From Candidatus Acetothermia bacterium (lineage in GTDB: Bacteria; Bipolaricaulota; Bipolaricaulia; RBG-16-55-9; DRXL01), in assembly GCA_022683945.1 (NCBI GenBank), contig JAJHSH010000051.1, positions 1,238 to 65,237 on the forward strand: 64,000 bases of DNA, given 5' to 3'. The position numbers and the translations under genes were made by a program. Below the pieces are notes generated by a model. The model worked only from the letters and a program-made list of their open reading frames with translations, was not told the origin of the DNA and ran no database searches. Positions 42,073 to 51,668 of the stretch are shown here, piece by piece (position 1 is the stretch's first letter; each line of letters begins with the position of its first letter).

Positions 42073-43140
42073 ATGCTTGAACTCAAAGAGACAAAGCTCA
42101 TCACCGTCTTCGACGGTGGAGATGTGAAAATCGACTTAGGGGTCGCTCAGCTCCAAGACTTATATCGCTGGATGCTCTTGGTGCGCGTCCTCGACCAGCG
42201 GATGCTCAATCTCCAGCGCCAAGGGCGGATCGGCTTTTACGGAACCGTCACGGGAGAAGAGGCCGCTCCTATTGGGAGCGCCTATGCCCTCAAGCCCCAA
42301 GACTGGATCTTCCCCGCGCTGCGCCAAGGCGGGGCTGCTCTGATGCGCGGCATGCCCCTCTCGCTCTATATCGCCCAGTGCTACGGGAATTCTTTAGATC
42401 TTCAAAAGGGCCGCCAGATGCCCTGTCACTATAGTTATAAACCCACTAACTTCGTCGCTTGGTCGAGCAACATTGGGACGCAACTCCCCCACGCCGTCGG
42501 GATGGCCTACGCTGCCAAACTCAAAAGAGATCCCGTCGTCGCGCTAGCGTATCTGGGTGATGGAGCGACCTCCGAGGGCGACTTTCATGCAGCTATGAAC
42601 TTCGCTGGCGTCTGGAAGGTCCCCGTCGTCTTCTTCTGTCAGAACAATCAATGGGCGATCTCTGTGTCGCTAAAAGAACAGACGGCATCGGAGTCTCTGG
42701 CGATCAAAGCGGTCGCCTACGGTTTTGAGGGCCTGCGCGTAGACGGGAACGACGTTCTGGCGGTCTACGCGGTGACCAAAGAAGCTGTCGAGAAAGCTCG
42801 CGGCGGCGGCGGCCCGACGCTCATCGAAGCCGTGACGTACAGAATCGGGGCGCACTCGTCGTCCGACGACCCCACGCGCTATCGCAGTTCTGAAGAGGTC
42901 GAGCGCTGGAAAGAACGCGATCCCTTGGAACGCTTTAAGAAATATCTTCAAGAGAAAAAGATCTGGAGCGAAGAGTGGCAGAGCGAACTAGAAGCCCAGA
43001 TGAACGAAGAGATCAGCCAAGCGATCAAAGAAGTGGAGGCGGCTCCACCGCTGACGTTGGAGGCGATCTTCACCGATGTCTATCGCGAGATGCCGTGGCA
43101 TCTGCAGCAGCAGTTCGACGCGCTTCAGCGGAGTCGGTGA
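42073..43140 (+). CDS. TPP-dependent 2-oxoacid dehydrogenase E1 component, alpha subunit (PdhA/BkdA-like)
   Basis: TPP-binding motif GDGATSEGDFHAAMNFAGVWKVPVVFFCQNNQWAIS. ATG at 42073; the track's 42025 is a TTG extension. No E1-beta gene follows. Confidence 0.85.
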   Translation: MLELKETKLITVFDGGDVKIDLGVAQLQDLYRWMLLVRVLDQRMLNLQRQGRIGFYGTVTGEEAAPIGSAYALKPQDWIFPALRQGGAALMRGMPLSLYIAQCYGNSLDLQKGRQMPCHYSYKPTNFVAWSSNIGTQLPHAVGMAYAAKLKRDPVVALAYLGDGATSEGDFHAAMNFAGVWKVPVVFFCQNNQWAISVSLKEQTASESLAIKAVAYGFEGLRVDGNDVLAVYAVTKEAVEKARGGGGPTLIEAVTYRIGAHSSSDDPTRYRSSEEVERWKERDPLERFKKYLQEKKIWSEEWQSELEAQMNEEISQAIKEVEAAPPLTLEAIFTDVYREMPWHLQQQFDALQRSR

Positions 43141-43148
43141 ATGTTGCT

Positions 43149-43778
43149 ATGAGTCAGCGCTGGCTTCCGCAGAGAATGATCAGCCCGCTCATTGATCTCT
43201 CGTATATGCTGATGAGCCTTCTCTTTGCTGCGGGCTTTCCCCGTTGGTACGAGCGTCTCAACGCATGGCACTATCGTTATCAAGCTGAGCATTATGACGG
43301 ACACGTGATCGCCTTCGGGGGAACGCGCTACGCGCAGGCGTTGGAATCCGGACTGCAAGCCCTATCCGTTCAGCCCAAAAGAATTCTCGACGTCAACACC
43401 GGGACGGGTTTTGTCGCCCAGAAATTGCTGGCGCTCTTCCCCGAAGCGCAAATCGCCGCGACCGATCTCTCTCACGCGATGCTCGCCCAAGCTCAAAGAC
43501 GCTTCCCCCAGATCGAATTTGCGCGAGCAGACACAGCCAAGCTCCCGTTTGCAGACGAATCTTTCGATCTGGTCACCCTGCACAACGGGCCGCCGCACTT
43601 GGCCGAGATGAATCGGGTCTTGCGCCCCAATGGCCAGATGCTGATCGCCTACACCTCGGGGGCGCGCGTGCCGCGCTTTGTGCTCCGGCGCTGGCTCAGG
43701 AGCGCGCATCAGTTCGGCAGGGTCGAATGGAGATGCTCAGGCGACGGCCTGTGGGTGCTTCTCACCAAAAGCTCGTAG
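43149..43778 (+). CDS. class I SAM-dependent methyltransferase
   Basis: Motif I ILDVNTGTGF, plus acidic motif II and post-II. ATG at 43149, immediately after the E1-alpha stop. Confidence 0.7.
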   Translation: MSQRWLPQRMISPLIDLSYMLMSLLFAAGFPRWYERLNAWHYRYQAEHYDGHVIAFGGTRYAQALESGLQALSVQPKRILDVNTGTGFVAQKLLALFPEAQIAATDLSHAMLAQAQRRFPQIEFARADTAKLPFADESFDLVTLHNGPPHLAEMNRVLRPNGQMLIAYTSGARVPRFVLRRWLRSAHQFGRVEWRCSGDGLWVLLTKSS

Positions 43779-43780
43779 AC

Positions 43781-44788
43781 TCATTCAAACCAGCCGCGCC
43801 GCTTGAACCACCAGAACATTAACGCGCCGGGCAGCAACAGGGAGCCGACGACAATAAAGATAAACGTCGTAAAAGGCCCCAGCAAGAGCCAGGCCCCTGT
43901 TTCAATCCCCCCCGGCAAGTTGACGTTCATGCCGTAGAAGGTGCCCACTACCGTAGCGGGGATGGACAGAGTGAATACAATCGTAAGAAGGGCGAGGATC
44001 TTGTTGGACTTGTTGGCAATCAACGCTTGATGGATCTGTATATCGGCGGTGATGATCTCCCTGTAGTTATGAATAATATCGTTGATGCGTGCGAGATTGT
44101 CGTACACATCGCGGAAGTAGGCGCGCAAGCTCTTTTTGATGAATGGCAGGTCGTCGCCGGAGAGGCGCCGGATCAACTCCAGCTGCGGCCCCAACAGCCG
44201 TTGCAGATAGATAATATTCTTGCGCAGCTTGGAGGCTTGTTTGAGGGCCGCATCGGTGGGATTGGCGTAGATCGTCTCTTCGAGATCGCTGATCTCCTCG
44301 TCGAGCCAACTCAGCAATTGCAAGTTGTCGTCTACCAAGAAGTCTATGATCATATGAGCGAGATAATCAGAGCCCCGGCCCATCACCCGCGCTGCGGCCC
44401 CGTTGAGACGGGCTATGGCCATCTCGACGCATTCCATGTGCTCGGTGTGAACCGTAATGAGAAAGTTGCGCCCCAGAAAGATGTCCAACTCCAGAGCGCT
44501 CAAGCTCTTCTCAATGCGATCTACGTCGGCGTCGCGCAAGACGATCATCAGGCCGTTGTCGTAAGCGTCGATCTTGGGGCGGCGCTGCGGAGAGACGAGG
44601 TCTTCTACAGCAAGCGGATGCAGATTGAAGAGCTCTCCTAGATGCTGGATGGCAGGGGCTTCGGGCTGGTCGAAATCTATCCAGAACGTGACGTCGCTCC
44701 GACCCAGATAGCTTATAAGTTCTGCTAGAGGGACGTTCTGGAGCAGCCCACGACCCTCTTCGTAGACAAAGCTGCGCAGCGGCGACAC
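43781..44788 (-). CDS. corA: magnesium/cobalt transporter CorA
   Basis: C-terminal TM hairpin with the YGMN motif (FYGMNVNLPG). About 335 aa. Confidence 0.9.
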   Translation of the reverse strand: MSPLRSFVYEEGRGLLQNVPLAELISYLGRSDVTFWIDFDQPEAPAIQHLGELFNLHPLAVEDLVSPQRRPKIDAYDNGLMIVLRDADVDRIEKSLSALELDIFLGRNFLITVHTEHMECVEMAIARLNGAAARVMGRGSDYLAHMIIDFLVDDNLQLLSWLDEEISDLEETIYANPTDAALKQASKLRKNIIYLQRLLGPQLELIRRLSGDDLPFIKKSLRAYFRDVYDNLARINDIIHNYREIITADIQIHQALIANKSNKILALLTIVFTLSIPATVVGTFYGMNVNLPGGIETGAWLLLGPFTTFIFIVVGSLLLPGALMFWWFKRRGWFE

Positions 44789-44875
44789 CTCGCTTTTCCC
44801 GTCGGATGTCGTTTAGATTAATAAAATCTGGCGATCTTGTCAATGATGACGCAGTGCGCCGGTCGTCCTAGGGGC

Positions 44876-44954
44876 CTGACAGCGGATTCGGGTAGCAAAT
44901 TAAGCGGATTTCTCAATATAATCTGCTGAATCCGTTCCCCGGATCCGTTGTCAG
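44876..44954. repeat. ~79-nt imperfect-palindromic intergenic element, copy 2 (core CTGACAGCGGATTCGGGTAGC)
   Basis: First 21 nt identical to copy 1. The outer stem is kept through G-U-compatible changes, and the inner hairpin is the reverse complement of copy 1's inner segment. Lies 88 nt upstream of the corA start and 86 nt upstream of gyrB. Confidence 0.6.
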
Positions 44955-45039
44955 CTCCCCTTGCCCCGCTTCCGTCACCTTGATTTTGAACGGTTTTCTT
45001 TGCTTTTTGCTGTTAGATTCTATATAATTTTGCTATGGG

Positions 45040-46980
45040 GTGAGAGCCTTGCCTGAGAAAGTGAATCACAATAGCACTGCGACTGTTATCGGAGATTACG
45101 GCGTCGAACAGATCAAAGTCTTAGAAGACCTTGAGGCTGTGCGGATGCGTCCGGGGATGTATATCGGTGGCACAGGCCAAGATGGCCTGATGCACCTGAT
45201 CTGGGAGATCGTTGATAATGCCATTGACGAGCATCTCGCCGGCAGCTGCACCGAGATCAAAGTCACCGTTCACGAAGACAATCGCGTCACGGTCGAAGAT
45301 AACGGGCGCGGCGTCCCCGTCGAGATCCATCCCGAAGCCGGCGTCAATACGTTGGAGCTGGTCTTCACCAAGCTTCACACCGGCGGCAAGTTCGACACGG
45401 GCGGCTACAAAGTTTCTGGAGGCTTGCACGGCGTCGGCGCCTCGGTCGTCAACGCGCTCTCGGAGTTCTTAGAGGTCGAAGTCCAGCGCAACGGGCATCG
45501 CTACTATCAAAAGTTCTCGCGCGGCACGCCCGTCAGTGAGCTCAAGCAAAACGGGTCTGCCCAAGGCACCGGCACTACGGTTACGTTTCTTCCCGACCGG
45601 GAGATCTTCAGCGAGATCAAGTACGACTTTGCGCGCCTCTCGCATCGCCTGAAAGAACTGGCCTATCTCAATCCCGGTCTGGCAATCCATCTGGACAATC
45701 GTGCCGCAGGCGTGCAGCGCCGCTATCAGTTCGAAGGGGGCATCGCCGCTTATGTCAAAGAACTGAACGAGGGCCGTACTCCATTACACCAAGAGGTCAT
45801 CTCGCTGCGCGACGAGTCCGAGTCGCTCTCGGTCGAAGTCGCCATGCAGTTCACCGACGAGTACGACGAGAATATCTATAGCTTCGCCAATATTATCAAT
45901 ACCAAAGAGGGCGGCACGCATCTGATGGGCTTCAAGACCGCGCTGACGCGCGTCTTCAACGAGTACGGGCGCGAGAAGAAGATCATCACCCAAGACGCCG
46001 AAAATCTCGACGGACGCGACGTGCGCGAGGGCTTGACGGCTATCGTCTCGGCCAAGCTGCGCAACCCGCAATTTGAGGGCCAGACCAAGACCAAGCTGGG
46101 CAACCCTGAAGTCCAAGAGCGCGTCTCCGATATCGTGCGCGAACAGCTCTGGCTCTACTTCAACAACAACCCGGGAACAGCGAGACTGCTCTTAGAGAAG
46201 GCTCTGCGGAGCCAAGAGGCGCGGCTGGCCGCAAAGAAAGCCCGCCAGCTCGTGCGGCGCAAGGGGTTGCTCTCCGGCACGGCGCTGCCGGGCAAGCTCG
46301 CCGATTGTGCCGAGAAAGACCCGGCCAAGTGCGAGATCTATATCGTAGAGGGCGACTCGGCCGGCGGCAGCGCCAAGCAAGGCCGCAACCGCGAGTTCCA
46401 AGCGATTCTGCCCCTGAGAGGCAAAGTCTTGAACGTCGAGAAAGCCGCGTTCAATAAACTCTTGGACAACAAAGAGCTCAACGCTCTGATCACTGCGGTG
46501 GGGACGGGAATCCGGGAAGGATTCGACATCGAGCGCTTGCGCTATCATAAGATCATTCTCATGTGCGACGCCGATATTGACGGCGCGCATATTCGCACTC
46601 TATTATTAACGTTTCTCTTCAGAAACTTAAAACAACTGATCGAGCAGGGCTATATCTATATCGCCAAGCCGCCGCTCTATCAGGTCAAGAAGGGACGACA
46701 AGCGCACTATCTCTATTCGGATGAAGAGCTAAATACTATGCGCGGCAACAGCAAAGACGGGGGCTGGGAAGTGAAGCGCTACAAGGGCTTGGGCGAGATG
46801 AACCCTGCCGAGCTTTGGGAGACCACCATGAACCCAGAGAAACGCATCTTGAAGCAAGTGACGATCAACGATGCGCTTGAAGCCGAAGAGCTCTTCAAAG
46901 TGCTGATGGGCAGCGAGGTCGGCCCGCGCCGAGATTTCATCTTAGAGAACAGCGACATGACCACTAATTTGGATATCTGA
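45040..46980 (+). CDS. gyrB: DNA gyrase subunit B
   Basis: 646 aa with GHKL ATPase, transducer and TOPRIM domains and the C-terminal ...DI. GTG start. An upstream promoter resembles TTGCTT-17-TATAAT. Confidence 0.97.
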   Translation: MRALPEKVNHNSTATVIGDYGVEQIKVLEDLEAVRMRPGMYIGGTGQDGLMHLIWEIVDNAIDEHLAGSCTEIKVTVHEDNRVTVEDNGRGVPVEIHPEAGVNTLELVFTKLHTGGKFDTGGYKVSGGLHGVGASVVNALSEFLEVEVQRNGHRYYQKFSRGTPVSELKQNGSAQGTGTTVTFLPDREIFSEIKYDFARLSHRLKELAYLNPGLAIHLDNRAAGVQRRYQFEGGIAAYVKELNEGRTPLHQEVISLRDESESLSVEVAMQFTDEYDENIYSFANIINTKEGGTHLMGFKTALTRVFNEYGREKKIITQDAENLDGRDVREGLTAIVSAKLRNPQFEGQTKTKLGNPEVQERVSDIVREQLWLYFNNNPGTARLLLEKALRSQEARLAAKKARQLVRRKGLLSGTALPGKLADCAEKDPAKCEIYIVEGDSAGGSAKQGRNREFQAILPLRGKVLNVEKAAFNKLLDNKELNALITAVGTGIREGFDIERLRYHKIILMCDADIDGAHIRTLLLTFLFRNLKQLIEQGYIYIAKPPLYQVKKGRQAHYLYSDEELNTMRGNSKDGGWEVKRYKGLGEMNPAELWETTMNPEKRILKQVTINDALEAEELFKVLMGSEVGPRRDFILENSDMTTNLDI

Positions 46981-47035
46981 GATCGTTGCTGTATATTTAA
47001 TCTATACTGAACTGAGACGGAGGTGTTGGAACCTC

Positions 47036-47605
47036 ATGGCATATGCAGTTGGGGAACTTCAAAAGGTCGTCATGACTTATGAAGACTATCTCCGTTTACC
47101 CAACGACGGAAAGCGTTATGAGATCTTGGAGGGGGAGATCTTCGTGAGCCCATCACCAGTGACAAAGCATCAGAGGATTTCAAGAAATTTACTGGCTATC
47201 TTGCACCAGCACACTTACCAGCACAAGCTCGGCGAGGTGTTCAGTGCTCCAACGGATGTGGTCTTATCCCACACGAATGTCGTCCAGCCAGATTTGCTTT
47301 TCGTCTCGAACGACCGCAAGAAGATCATCACCGAGAAGAACATCCAAGGGGCACCTGATCTTGTAGTGGAGATTCTCTCTGAGACGAGCGCAGAGCAAGA
47401 CCGCACTGCCAAGAAGCAAATCTATGCCCGCCACGGCGTCAGAGAATATTGGCTCATTGATCCCGATAGAGAGACGCTCGAAGTCTACAAGCTCGACGCA
47501 AAAATAAGAGCGTTCGAGCACGTCGCAACCTATCAGAGCGATGAGTCTTTTCAGTCGGCGCTCTTCCCCGGCTTGGAGATCACCCTGCGCGAGCTGTGGG
47601 AGTAA
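47036..47605 (+). CDS. Uma2-family (DUF820) PD-(D/E)xK endonuclease
   Basis: 189 aa. ...YEILEGEIFVSPSP...PDLVVEILSETS... is typical of Uma2. GC is lower than surrounding DNA. Confidence 0.8.
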   Translation: MAYAVGELQKVVMTYEDYLRLPNDGKRYEILEGEIFVSPSPVTKHQRISRNLLAILHQHTYQHKLGEVFSAPTDVVLSHTNVVQPDLLFVSNDRKKIITEKNIQGAPDLVVEILSETSAEQDRTAKKQIYARHGVREYWLIDPDRETLEVYKLDAKIRAFEHVATYQSDESFQSALFPGLEITLRELWE

Positions 47606-48248
47606 CTTCTTCGGCTTTTTTCTCCTGGACCCGCTTGACCATCTTCAGTCTGAAAATCTCTTCACGCTCAAATTGCTCTAACGTGTCTTCGATATAGCGT
47701 TTCTTGGCGCGCAGGCGTGGAATGATATTCTCTTCGAGCGCGTTGATCTTACTGTTCAGGCTGCGCATCTCCCGGCCGACGGTCTTGATATTGTGCTCCA
47801 AATGCGCGATAGTCAACATTCGGTCGAGCAGCTTCTCTGCGAGCTCCGCGCAGCTTTCGATCCGGCCGCTGGTGCTCACGGGATTGTAGCCGCGCGAGAG
47901 CAGATCGCGCTTTACTTCGGGGTGACGAGCCTGAAAGATCTTCGTGCCCATGACATTGTCCCGCGTGATCGCCAGCGTGAGATCTTGGCTGGTCGCCAGC
48001 GCTAACGACCGAATGGTGACCAACCCATCACGGGCTTGGGCCAGCGCCAATATATCTTTGAGGTGTTTGATCTCCGCCAAGAGCGCTTCGCGTTTGCCTT
48101 TATATTGGCGGACCATACTCAAGAATCTATTCAAGAGCGCTTCTTTCTTCTTCTCTAGAATTTGCTTGCCGCTCTGTGCGATGGCCAGCTCTTGGCGCGT
48201 GCGCAGCAGCTCATCTCGCGTGGCTTTGATAGTCTCCACAGCGTCCTC
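47580..48248 (-). CDS. atpD: V/A-type ATP synthase subunit D
   Basis: (M)ETIKATRDELLRTRQELAIAQSGKQILEKKKEALLNRF... aligns with V-type D subunits. Start reassigned to GTG at 48248 with SD GGAGGA. The longer track ORF overlaps uppS in another frame. Confidence 0.85.
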   Translation of the reverse strand, partial: EDAVETIKATRDELLRTRQELAIAQSGKQILEKKKEALLNRFLSMVRQYKGKREALLAEIKHLKDILALAQARDGLVTIRSLALATSQDLTLAITRDNVMGTKIFQARHPEVKRDLLSRGYNPVSTSGRIESCAELAEKLLDRMLTIAHLEHNIKTVGREMRSLNSKINALEENIIPRLRAKKRYIEDTLEQFEREEIFRLKMVKRVQEKKAEEVTPTARAG

Positions 48249-49011
48249 CGAAGCGGCGCTCGCGCTGCTGATAAGCTGTGATCGCTCTGAGCAATTCACG
48301 CTTATTGAAATCCGGCCAGTAGAGCGGGGTAGAGTAGAACTCGGCGTAGGCCAACTGCCAGAGCAAGAAATTACTGAGACGCAGATCGCCCCCGGTGCGG
48401 ATGACCAGTTCGGGATCGGGCGTGCCGTTGGTGTAGAGAAAATTATGAAAATTTTCTTCGGTGATCGTCTGTGGGTCAAGACGCCCGGCAGCGGCCTCTA
48501 GGGCGACACGGCGTGCTGCGTCAACGATTTCGGCGCGTCCGCCGTAGTTGAGCGCTACGGTGAATATCAGTCTCTTATTCTTGCGGGTTATCTCAACAAT
48601 GTGCGCGATCTTCTCTTGGAGGGACTTGGGGACGCGCGCGTCCATACGACCGATGACCCGCACCCGTACTCCCTCGCGGACTAGCTTCGCGAACTCTTCA
48701 TCAATCGCCCGTTCCAACAGCTTTAAGAGAAATTCGACTTCTTGAGGCGGCCGCCGCCAGTTCTCCGTAGAAAACGCGAAGACGGTTAAGTACCCTATGC
48801 CCAAATCTCCGCAAGCTTCCAGCGTGCGTTGCAGCGCGGCCTTGCCTGCGCGATACCCTTCTTGCACGCTCAACCCATGCGTCTTTGCCCAGCGCCCGTT
48901 GCCGTCCATGATAATCGCGATATGTTGGGGAATACGCGTGTGATCCAATCCGTTTAATAGAGGCTGCTCTTCATCGAGAACGCGAAGACTAACGGTTGAT
49001 GATGGCTGCAT
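48211..49011 (-). CDS. uppS: isoprenyl transferase (undecaprenyl-diphosphate synthase, cis-prenyltransferase)
   Basis: HIAIIMDGNGRWA cis-IPPS signature and ...RTGGDLRLSNFLLWQ.... 3' end overlaps the atpD start by ~38 nt. Confidence 0.9.
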   Translation of the reverse strand: MQPSSTVSLRVLDEEQPLLNGLDHTRIPQHIAIIMDGNGRWAKTHGLSVQEGYRAGKAALQRTLEACGDLGIGYLTVFAFSTENWRRPPQEVEFLLKLLERAIDEEFAKLVREGVRVRVIGRMDARVPKSLQEKIAHIVEITRKNKRLIFTVALNYGGRAEIVDAARRVALEAAAGRLDPQTITEENFHNFLYTNGTPDPELVIRTGGDLRLSNFLLWQLAYAEFYSTPLYWPDFNKRELLRAITAYQQRERRFGGRCGDYQSHAR

Positions 49012-50176
49012 AACGTTCCAACGCCCCCTTGTAATCCTCCCGTGTTTCGATATACGAAGCGATCTTCCGAAGCAGTCGCGCAGCGTTCACCCCAAATTCG
49101 CTCTCGATCTCGCGTAAACTCTCGCGCACTTGGGAGAGATGCGCAGCGACCAGCTCTTGCGCGCGCTGGAACGCGCCGGTGCGCACAAACAACTCGCGCA
49201 CAAAATTCAGTTCTCGACGCGCCTCTTCTACGGTTTGCAAGAGAGATTCCAGCCGCGCTCGTTCCGTCGGGCGGCTCTCTTGCCATGCCCAAAGAAGCAA
49301 CGGTGTTCGCTTGGCTTCCAATAGATCAGAACCTTCATCTTTGCCGATATCCAAACGTCCCCCAAACATCCCTAGAATATCATCTTGGATCTGAAATGCA
49401 ACCCCTAGAGGAACGGCATATTTGCTCAAGAGGTGCAGTTGAGCATCGGTAGCCCCTCCCAGCGCCGCTCCGATCTGCAGCGGCCCTTCCGTGGTGTAGC
49501 CGGCCGTCTTCAGCTCATAGATCTTCAGGATCTCGTCCTCGCCTAAACCGTTCAATGGCTTCAGACTGAGATCCACATCGAGCAGTTCGCCGACGGCCAC
49601 GCGCACGATCACATCGCTAAAAGTCTCCACGGCGCGGAGCTTCTGTTCCGGAGGGAAATCAGCGCTGAGAAGCATTTCGTAGGCCAAGGCCGAAGAGATG
49701 TCCCCCGTCAAGAGCGCCATAGCAAGCCCGAAGTGCTCGGCGGCTCTATCATAACGACTGCGATAGCGCTCTTGCTGAAAGTATTCTTCCCAGAGTAAAT
49801 GCATCGTCCGGCCGTGACGACGCTCCCGGCTGCGGTCAATGACGTCGTCGTGTATCAGCAGCCCCGTTTGCAAAAGCTCGATGGCCACCGAGGCTCTTAA
49901 AACGGCGTCTGTCTCTTGGTCATTTAAGCAGAGATACCCACAACAGAAGATCAGAGGCCGAATGCGCTTCGCGCCGCGCAGCGCAAATTGTTGCAAGCTG
50001 AAGGGATCGGCGCCTGCGAGCGTGCGTCGAGCTAATAGAGGGAGATGGGCGCGGTTGCGGGCCAGCTCCTCCAGCGAACGCGCGAGCACGCTGTTAAATG
50101 CGCTCTGGAACTCCCGCACGACCTGATGAATATCGGCGTCATCGCGGGCGAGCAGACGGACGATCTCCGAACTCAC
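48989..50176 (-). CDS. polyprenyl synthetase family protein (trans-isoprenyl diphosphate synthase)
   Basis: FARM LLIHDDVIDRS and SARM FQIQDDILG aspartate-rich motifs. 395 aa. Confidence 0.85.
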   Translation of the reverse strand: MSSEIVRLLARDDADIHQVVREFQSAFNSVLARSLEELARNRAHLPLLARRTLAGADPFSLQQFALRGAKRIRPLIFCCGYLCLNDQETDAVLRASVAIELLQTGLLIHDDVIDRSRERRHGRTMHLLWEEYFQQERYRSRYDRAAEHFGLAMALLTGDISSALAYEMLLSADFPPEQKLRAVETFSDVIVRVAVGELLDVDLSLKPLNGLGEDEILKIYELKTAGYTTEGPLQIGAALGGATDAQLHLLSKYAVPLGVAFQIQDDILGMFGGRLDIGKDEGSDLLEAKRTPLLLWAWQESRPTERARLESLLQTVEEARRELNFVRELFVRTGAFQRAQELVAAHLSQVRESLREIESEFGVNAARLLRKIASYIETREDYKGALERYAAIINR

Positions 50177-50267
50177 GAAGCACCTCGCTTCTTCTCGTCG
50201 TTATATAGTGATAAAGAGATAAGACAAAGAGTTCTCGCTGTCAAGCGCCCTTGTCTCACGCGCACGG

Positions 50268-51668
50268 TCACGAAGGCGTGGCGGCCGTCTTTCCCGACAG
50301 ATATTGGTCTATATATTTGTCTTCGACGCGGCGCAGCTCCGATCGCGAGACCTCACTGAGCAACTCCCAACCGAGGGCCAAGCTCTCACGGATCGTGCGC
50401 GGCCGCTCGCCCTGATTCATAAATTCATGCTCGAAGCGCTCGGTGAATCTCAGAATCTCTCTCTCGGTCGTCCCCAGTCCCGCGCTGCCGATGATCGCCG
50501 TTAATTTCTCGATCTCTTTGCCTTGGGCGTAGAGCGCGTAGAGCTGGTCTTGTAGCTGGCGATGATCTTCACGGGTCTTGTTCTTGCCGATTCCCAAGTT
50601 CATCAGGCGTGAGAGGCTCGGCAGAGGATTGATCGGCGGGTAGATCCCACGGCGATCCATATCGCGGCTGAGAATGATCTGCCCTTCGGTGATATAGCCC
50701 GTCAGGTCAATGACAGGATGGGTGATGTCGTCGTTGGGCATCGTCACAATGGGCAGCTGGGTTACGGAGCCCTTCTGGTTTTTGATAATACCGGCGCGTT
50801 CGTAGTTCATAGACAAGTCCGTGTAGAGATAGCCGGGGTAACCGCGCCGACCCGGGATCTCTTCACGGGCCGAGCTGATCTCCCGAAGAGCATTCGCATA
50901 GTTGAGCATATCGGTCAAGATCACTAAGACGTCTCTGCCCTTGTCGAACGCGAAGTACTCTGCTGTCGTCAGGGCAAGCCGGGGAGTGAGAATGCGCTCG
51001 ATCGTCGGGTCATCGGCCAGATTGAGAAAGAGCACAGAATTGGCCAGCGCACCCGAATCTTGGAACTCTTTGTAGAAATAGTTATATTCTCTTGAGGTGA
51101 TGCCCATGCCGCCGAAGACGACGATCAGTTCTTCTTTGGACTGACGGATGACCTGGCGGGCGATCTGGACGGCGACCCGATTGGCGGGCAACCCCGCTCC
51201 GGTGAAGATCGGCAGCTTCTGGCCCTTCACTAGAGTATTCATCAAGTCAATGGCCGAGATCCCCGTCTCGATGAACTCAAAGGGCTGCTGGCGGCAGACG
51301 GGGTTGAGCGGGCTGCCCGTGATGGGGCGTTCGGTTTCGGGTAAAACTTCGCCCAGGCCGTCACGGGGGTTCCCCGAGCCATCAAAAACGCGACCGAGCA
51401 TATCTTCCGAGAGTCCTAATTTGACGACATCGCCGCTGAAGAAGACGGCCGTGCTCTTCTGATCTAAGCCGTCGCTGCCCTCGAAGACTTGAACGACCGT
51501 AGCGCGCTCGCTCACTTCGAGGACTTGGCCGGATTTTTTTCGCCCCAAGCTATCTACGAGCGTGACGCGCTCCCCGTAGCGCACATCGGGGATGCTTTGT
51601 AAGAAGACCAATGGGCCTTTGATCTCGTTGATACTGCGATGGGCTTTGGCGTAGAGGGGGGTGTTCAT
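50268..51668 (-). CDS. atpB: V/A-type ATP synthase subunit B (regulatory)
   Basis: 466 aa, non-catalytic nucleotide-binding subunit (…GYPGYLYTDLSMNYERAG…). Confidence 0.95.
   Translation of the reverse strand: MNTPLYAKAHRSINEIKGPLVFLQSIPDVRYGERVTLVDSLGRKKSGQVLEVSERATVVQVFEGSDGLDQKSTAVFFSGDVVKLGLSEDMLGRVFDGSGNPRDGLGEVLPETERPITGSPLNPVCRQQPFEFIETGISAIDLMNTLVKGQKLPIFTGAGLPANRVAVQIARQVIRQSKEELIVVFGGMGITSREYNYFYKEFQDSGALANSVLFLNLADDPTIERILTPRLALTTAEYFAFDKGRDVLVILTDMLNYANALREISSAREEIPGRRGYPGYLYTDLSMNYERAGIIKNQKGSVTQLPIVTMPNDDITHPVIDLTGYITEGQIILSRDMDRRGIYPPINPLPSLSRLMNLGIGKNKTREDHRQLQDQLYALYAQGKEIEKLTAIIGSAGLGTTEREILRFTERFEHEFMNQGERPRTIRESLALGWELLSEVSRSELRRVEDKYIDQYLSGKTAATPS

Noticed and set aside
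48249-48479. Upstream 77 codons of the long atpD ORF (47580..48479)
   Set aside because: This stretch is the uppS coding region read in another frame. V-type D homology begins at the GTG at 48248, which has a strong SD.
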